From an uncultured delta proteobacterium (GTDB taxonomy: Bacteria; Myxococcota_A; Polyangia; Palsa-1104): DNA of 64,000 nt. Under the pieces are notes generated by a model. The model was not told the origin of the DNA. It did not search any database and was given only the letters and a program-made list of their open reading frames with translations. Of the stretch, positions 58,721 through 64,000 are shown piece by piece. A program made the translations under genes and the position numbers. Position 1 is the stretch's first letter. Each line of letters starts with the position of its first letter. The stretch is from contig CAWAWS010000026.1 of the NCBI GenBank assembly GCA_963785725.1, positions 214,401 through 278,400 of the forward strand, read 5' to 3'.

Positions 58721-59971
58721 TCAGCGGCAGCGATCGGGCGGAACGTCGGTGTGGAGGGTGCGGGCGAGCGCGTCGCGGCAGAGCGCGACGGCATCGGCGC
58801 TGAGGCCGGCGGGCAGACCGAGGTGCAAGGCGCGCTCGAAGGCCCGCGTGGCGCGCGCCGGATCGGCCGGCGCGTCGAGCAGCACGCGACCGAGCGTGAA
58901 GGCGGCGATGGCGGCCGTCGGCGAGCCGTCGTAGGCGAGCCGCTGCAGCATCGCCGTCGCTTGGTCGCGGCGGCCGGCGCGGCGCAGCGCGTCCACTTCG
59001 TCGAGCAGCTCCGTCGTCGAGGCGGGCGGCGTCGTCGCGCGGCTGCCGAGCGGCGCGACCGCCGTCGACGCCAGCGGCTGACGTGTGGTCGACGCCGGCG
59101 CGCCGGTGGTGGCCGGCGTCGCGACGGCGGCCGGCGCGATCGTCGGCGTTGCCGTCGCCGTCGCCGCGCCAGCTGAAGGCACGGCGACACTAGACGTTAC
59201 GGCCGGCGCAGCAGCCGACGCAGAAGTCGTCGGCGTGCTCGTCGCCGCCGCGCTTGGCGCCGGCGCGCTCGTCGCCGCCGCGCTCGTCGCCGCCGCGGCG
59301 TGCCGGCGAGACAGCGTCGCCGCCGCTGGCGCGCTCGCCGGCATCGGCGCAGTCGCCGGCGTCGCGACGGGCGCGGCTTCCACGCGCAGCGAATGGCCAG
59401 CCGTCAACCGCTGCACGTGATCGGGCACGCGCTCGCCGCGCACCAGCACGACGCCACGACTGACGCTGACCTCGTTACCGCCGCCGTCGCGCGCGACGAC
59501 GAAGTGCGTGCCGACCACCTCGACCGTCAGCAAGTCGGAATCGACGACCCAACGGCGCGGGCCGCCCGGATGCACCTCGAGCTCGGCCCGACCACGCTCG
59601 AGCGCCAGCTCGACCACGCCGCCCGCGTTCTGCAGCGTCGCCAGCCGACTGCCCGGCGCCAACACGATCTCGGAGCCGTCGCTGAGCGGCAGCCGCACCG
59701 CTTGGCGCGCCGAGGCCTCCATCACGCCGAGCGGCGCGTCCGAGCGCAGCGTCAACGGGAGCGGCTGCGCCTGCGAGCGCTCGCCGCGGCGGTGCTCGCG
59801 CACGCCCATGAAGACAACGATGATGACCGTCATCATAATCGCGCTCGCCGTCAGCCAGCGACGATGCGAACGCGGCTGGCGGTCATCGAGTCGTCGCCAG
59901 ACCCGCGCCACGAGCGCCATCTCGTCGTCGTCGCGCAAGTGCTGGCGCAGCGGCCGTCCCACCTTACGCAT
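58721..59971 (-). CDS. FecR domain anti-sigma protein with Ala/Thr linker and TPR-like tail
   Basis: LSDGS, LERG, VEVVGTHFVV, VSVSRGVV; helical C-terminus. Confidence 0.88.
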   Translation of the reverse strand: MRKVGRPLRQHLRDDDEMALVARVWRRLDDRQPRSHRRWLTASAIMMTVIIVVFMGVREHRRGERSQAQPLPLTLRSDAPLGVMEASARQAVRLPLSDGSEIVLAPGSRLATLQNAGGVVELALERGRAELEVHPGGPRRWVVDSDLLTVEVVGTHFVVARDGGGNEVSVSRGVVLVRGERVPDHVQRLTAGHSLRVEAAPVATPATAPMPASAPAAATLSRRHAAAATSAAATSAPAPSAAATSTPTTSASAAAPAVTSSVAVPSAGAATATATPTIAPAAVATPATTGAPASTTRQPLASTAVAPLGSRATTPPASTTELLDEVDALRRAGRRDQATAMLQRLAYDGSPTAAIAAFTLGRVLLDAPADPARATRAFERALHLGLPAGLSADAVALCRDALARTLHTDVPPDRCR

Positions 59972-60582
59972 CGCCGTCCTCCGCGTCCGGTGAGCCCGTG
60001 TGGCGCGCCGAACACGCGCTCGGCGGCGGCGATGCGCCGCTTGGCCGTCGCCAACGAGCAGTCGCACAGCCGCGCCACCTCGGCCAGCTCGTAGCCTTCG
60101 ACGTGTCGCAAGAGCCACGCCGCTCGCTCGCGCGCCGGCAGCCGCCCGAGCTCGCCGTCGACGAGCGCCAGCTCGGTGCGCACCTCGGGCGACGCCTCTT
60201 TCGTGGCCAGCGCCGCCAAGCCGGAGTCGCCCGGCGGCAGCGCAAAGCCGAGCAGCTTCAAGAGCCGCAGCCGGCGAAAACGCCGATGCGCCTGCGCCAC
60301 CGCGATGCGCTGCAGCCACCCGTGCAGCGCCGCCGGCTCGCGCAGCGTCCGCAGCTTCTCGAAGGCGATGATGAACGTGTCGTGCAAGGCATCCTCGGCG
60401 TCGGCGCGCACGCCGAGCAGGCGCACGAGCAGCCCGGCCAGCGGCGGCGCGTGGCGCGAATACAAGAGCGCCTGCGCCTGCCGGCTGCCGGCGACGGCGC
60501 GCGCGACGAGCTCGCCGTCGCTGGGCGCGGAATCGGCGGCGAAGAGGCGATGCACGCGCGCGAGCTCCGTCGGTGGCGTCAT
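59964..60582 (-). CDS. ECF sigma factor; probable frameshift near 60009
   Basis: DGELVARA, DAEDALHDTF, WLQRIA, LRHVEGYELAEVA, TAKRRI; removing one base gives ...EDGDA* overlapping the FecR start. Confidence 0.9.
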
Positions 60583-61676
60583 CAGAAGCGGCCCGCCACG
60601 CCGAGCCCGGCGCCGGTGGCGTAGAAGGTCGGGCGCAGGGCCAGACGCAGCGGCGGCTGATGGCGCGACCACCAAATCGAGCCCATCGTCGCCGCCGCCA
60701 AGAGCGTGAACGTCGCCGCGGCATACAGTCCCGCCGACGTAAAATAGAGCTGCTGCGTGTGGCGGCTCTCCTCCGGCGTCGGGCCCTTCGCCGCCAGCGC
60801 CAGCGTCACCGTCGCCGGCACCAGCGTCGCCACGCCGAGCGCCGTCAGCGCCAACGCCGCCTGGCCGATGCGCCGCTGCGCCGCCGTCGGCGGCAGCGAG
60901 CGCGTCATCGCGGCGTCGCGGCGGGCGGCGTAGCCGTAATAGCCGAGCGTGGCCAGCCCCGCCGTCGTCGTCACGGCCGCGATTCCGACGACCAGCTCGC
61001 TCATGTCTTGCAGCCCGTCGTGGCCGTTTTGCGCGGTCGGATTGCGCTCGGAGATGAGCGTCATGCTCAGCGTCAAGGCCACGATCGTCAGCGCCGCCGA
61101 CGTGCCGACGAGCGCGTAGCCGACGTCGCGCGTCGTGCGCAAGCTCAGCCACCGCGACGGCGACGGCGCGCCCGGCGACGACGGCGAATTGGGCGGCGGC
61201 GTCAGCGTCAGCGGCGTCAGCTGCAGCGGCGCGCTCGGCTTCGCCGGCTCGGCCGGCGGTCGCGGCGCGGTGGTAATCCGCCGCAACAGCTCGGTCGCCG
61301 CCAGCGCCACGACGCGCGGGCGCAGCGCGTCCGCCGTGTCCTCGAGATCGATCGTGCGGCTGGCGACGTCGGCCGTCACCTGCGTCGTCACGACGAGGCG
61401 GCGCCCGTCGGCATCGGCGCACGCGATATGAATCTGCATGTGCCGCCGCCCCGCCGCCGGCACCGACGACTCCACCGTCTGGCCTTCGAGCGCGATGAGC
61501 GGCTCCAGCTGCCGCGCGCTCAGTTTCCGACTGACGCAGGCATCGAGCGTCCATTCGAACGACGGCTCGGCCCCCTCGGCCAGCTGCGGCGTCACTAGAA
61601 TCAGCAACGGCCAGGCTAGTTTACAAAGTTGCGCCAGGATCTTGTGCGGGTCGCTCACGAGGCCTCTGGCTACCAA
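60582..61676 (-). CDS. Hypothetical membrane/exported protein coupled to the ECF gene
   Basis: TGATG overlap; Pro-rich linker; TM helices; GLGVAGRF tail; start uncertain. Confidence 0.65.
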   Translation of the reverse strand: MVARGLVSDPHKILAQLCKLAWPLLILVTPQLAEGAEPSFEWTLDACVSRKLSARQLEPLIALEGQTVESSVPAAGRRHMQIHIACADADGRRLVVTTQVTADVASRTIDLEDTADALRPRVVALAATELLRRITTAPRPPAEPAKPSAPLQLTPLTLTPPPNSPSSPGAPSPSRWLSLRTTRDVGYALVGTSAALTIVALTLSMTLISERNPTAQNGHDGLQDMSELVVGIAAVTTTAGLATLGYYGYAARRDAAMTRSLPPTAAQRRIGQAALALTALGVATLVPATVTLALAAKGPTPEESRHTQQLYFTSAGLYAAATFTLLAAATMGSIWWSRHQPPLRLALRPTFYATGAGLGVAGRF

Positions 61677-61776
61677 GAGCCGCCAGCGTCCCGATTCGGC
61701 TCACGGCCGCCGGCGCCGCGCGATTATACGCGCCGGCTCCGCGTGACGCGAGGACGGCCGATGCCGCTCGCGCTTC

Positions 61777-62766
61777 CTATTCGACGGAGAAGACGAGCTG
61801 CGTCACGAAGCAGACGGGGACCGACTGCGGCGTGTATTTCCATTGCCGCAGCGTCGCCAGCAAGCTCTCGTCGGCGCCGGCGATGCCTTGCAGGACCGAG
61901 ACGTCGGCCACGGCGCCGTCGGTGCCGATGCAGATCTGCGCGCTGAAGCTGTGGTCCGGCTGCCCGCGCAGCCGCCGCTTGACGGCATCGGGCAGGTGCG
62001 GATCGGCGCCGGCGATGCGCTCCACCGTGTTTCGCCGATAGGCCAAGGGCGGCGCCGGCGGCTGCAGGATGTCGGCGGGCGCGCTGGCGGGATGATCGGC
62101 CGTCGTCGCCGCAGTCTCGATCGCAGTCGCCGCAGTCGCAGTCGCGGTCGCCGCAGTCGCCGCGTCGCCGCTGCTCTCGTCGTCGTCAGCCACTTGCAGC
62201 GATTGGCCGACGCGCAGCGACTGCGCGCCGCCGACCACGCCTTTGCCGCGCACGAGCACCTCGCCGCGCGACACCGCCACCGCCACCGAATGCGCCGCGC
62301 GGTCGACGGTGAAGTGCGTGCCGACGACCTCGACGGTGACGCCGCCCGCGTGCACGAGCCAACGCCGCGGACCGCCCGGCCGCACCTCGAACTCGGCGCG
62401 ACCATGCACCAGCTTCGTGCCGAACACGCGATCGCGGTTGGCGACCGTCTGCAAGAGCCCGCCCGGCGACAGCGTGATGTGCGAGCCGTCGTCGAGGTCG
62501 ACCGTCCGCGGCTGCTGCGTCGTCGCGATGGCAGACAGCGGCGAGGCGTCGGCCAGCTTGAGCGGCGCCGTCGTCGCCGGAACGCGCAGCCACACGAGCA
62601 GCGCGACCGCGACCAGCGTCAGCGGCACGGCCGCGAACACCAGCCGCCGGCGCCGCGGCCGCGCCTGTAGCCGCTCGTCGCGCACGCGCCGCCAGACGGA
62701 GGCCAGCCGGGCGTCGTCCAACTTGCGCGCGAGCGTGCGTTTGATCGGTCGTTCCAGGAAGCTCAT
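61777..62766 (-). CDS. FecR domain protein fused to a C-terminal TonB-like domain
   Basis: LDDGS, VEVVGTHFTV; C-terminal ICIGTDGAVADVSVL...LRQWKYTP. Confidence 0.85.
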   Translation of the reverse strand: MSFLERPIKRTLARKLDDARLASVWRRVRDERLQARPRRRRLVFAAVPLTLVAVALLVWLRVPATTAPLKLADASPLSAIATTQQPRTVDLDDGSHITLSPGGLLQTVANRDRVFGTKLVHGRAEFEVRPGGPRRWLVHAGGVTVEVVGTHFTVDRAAHSVAVAVSRGEVLVRGKGVVGGAQSLRVGQSLQVADDDESSGDAATAATATATAATAIETAATTADHPASAPADILQPPAPPLAYRRNTVERIAGADPHLPDAVKRRLRGQPDHSFSAQICIGTDGAVADVSVLQGIAGADESLLATLRQWKYTPQSVPVCFVTQLVFSVE

Positions 62767-63190
62767 GGCTCGTCACCGAGGTCCAATTTCGCGCGTAGCT
62801 TGTGGTCGGCTGCCGTGATGCGCCGCTTGGCCGTCGCCAGCGAGCAGCCACAGGCGCGGGCGACCTCGGGCAGCGACTCGCCTTCGACGTGGCGCAGCAT
62901 CCACGCCAGCCGCAGCGCATCGGGCAACGCGTTCAAGTGTTGGCTCAGCTGCCGCAAGGTATCACGCACGTCGGGCGGCGTCGTCGGCGCCACCAGCTCG
63001 TCGAGGCCGGCGTCGCGAATGCCGCGATCGAGCCCGACGAGCCGCAAGAGCCGCCGCCGCCGAAAGCGCCGCTGCGCCTGATGCACGGCGATGCGCGTCA
63101 GCCAGGCGCCGACCGCCGCCGGCTCGCGCAGCTGATCGATCTCGCCGAGCGCGACGACGAACGTATCCTGCAGCGCGTCCTCGGCGTCGT
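62763..63190 (-). CDS. ECF sigma factor, 5'-truncated at the junction
   Basis: DAEDALQDTF...WLTRIA...LRHVEGESLPEVA...TAKRRI; N-terminus absent. Confidence 0.85.
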
Positions 63191-64000
63191 TTCCGGCAAC
63201 GAGTCAGCTCTTTCCGAACCTGCGTCGGCGACGACGCACCCCATGACTGACGACGAATTACTTGAAATGACTCAAGAAGGCAGTTTCCGATACTATTGGG
63301 AGGCGTCGCACCCGGACACGGGGATGGCCATCGAAATTCGTCCCGGGGACGAAAACCTGGTCGCCGTCGGTGCATCCGGCTTTGGAATCATGGCCTTAGT
63401 AGTTGGGGCAGAACGGCAATTTGTCACCCGCGAAGACTGTGCGAAGAGGCTGCTCAAAATTGTTCGATTTCTCAAAAAAGCCGACCGTTTTCATGGAGCC
63501 TGGCCGCATTTTCTCGACGGACGGACTGGTAAAATAAACTCTTATTTCGGAAAATATGATGACGGTGGTGATCTCGTTGAAACCGCCTTCCTGGTTCAGG
63601 GACTATTGGTAGCCCGGCAATACTTTAATCACGACAATCCCGCGGAGCGGGAAATCCGTGATACAATTACCTCTCTCTGGCGCGGGGTTCAGTGGGACTG
63701 GTATCGAAAAGATCCAATAGCAATTTTCTCTTCTGGCATTGGTCACCCGATTATGGCTCGCACATCGCCCACCCGCTGGTGGGATGGAATGAGACGATGA
63801 TTGTGTAACTGCTCGCCATCGCTTCTCCGACCCACCGGTACCCGCAAGCCTTTATTACCCGGGTTGGGTGAGCCAATCGCAAACTGCCATTCGATACCGC
63901 CACAATTGGACGCGGACCACTAAGGGGACCATTATACGAACGGCTTTTCCTATTACGGCATGAAACTTTATGTGGGAGAAGGCAATGGTGTGGACCCGTT
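63190..64000 (+). CDS. GH144 / glucoamylase-like (DUF3131) beta-1,2-glucanase fragment; 5'-truncated, frameshifted, foreign lower-GC DNA
   Basis: FRYYWE, GASGFGIMA, ADRFHGAWPH, DGGDLVETAFL, WDWY; preceded by an FN3-like tail SGNESALS. Confidence 0.85.

Noticed and set aside
62802..63800. 332-aa ORF as a single gene
   Set aside because: Antisense ECF sequence joined in frame to the GH144 fragment across the junction
1..64000. Numerous long Arg/Ala/Pro-rich overlapping ORFs in the six-frame track
   Set aside because: Shadow frames caused by stop-codon scarcity in high-GC DNA; they overlap genes with clear family motifs

Overview
Very GC-rich bacterial DNA whose gene content (Ser/Thr kinase-WD40, Cys-rich lipoproteins, ECF-FecR pairs, DUF6209) looks myxobacterial (Myxococcota-like; this is inference). 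A convincing XerCD dif site at 2713-2740 suggests the window lies at the replication terminus, and the content is a patchwork of accessory genes. Highlights: (1) a fluoride (crcB-type) riboswitch directly upstream of a solitary dynamin-like GTPase; (2) a redox/stress island at 21.5-29.3 kb with a Streptomyces-type RsrR, an NmrA-like protein, YceI, LysR, TetR, an SDR, a flavin-disulfide reductase translationally coupled to a protoglobin, and a methyltransferase, with several visible operators; (3) three ricin-lectin lipoproteins (two GH16 glucanases and one possible glutamic peptidase); (4) an eroded sulfatase-type neighbourhood; (5) a 163-bp MITE with perfect 18-bp terminal inverted repeats; (6) two tandem ECF sigma/FecR pairs, one FecR fused to a TonB-C-like domain; (7) many apparently leaderless genes. 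About nine single-base frameshifts and an abrupt switch to lower-GC DNA near 63190 that truncates two genes indicate long-read errors and a probable chimeric end. All family assignments come from motif recognition by eye, not from database searches.
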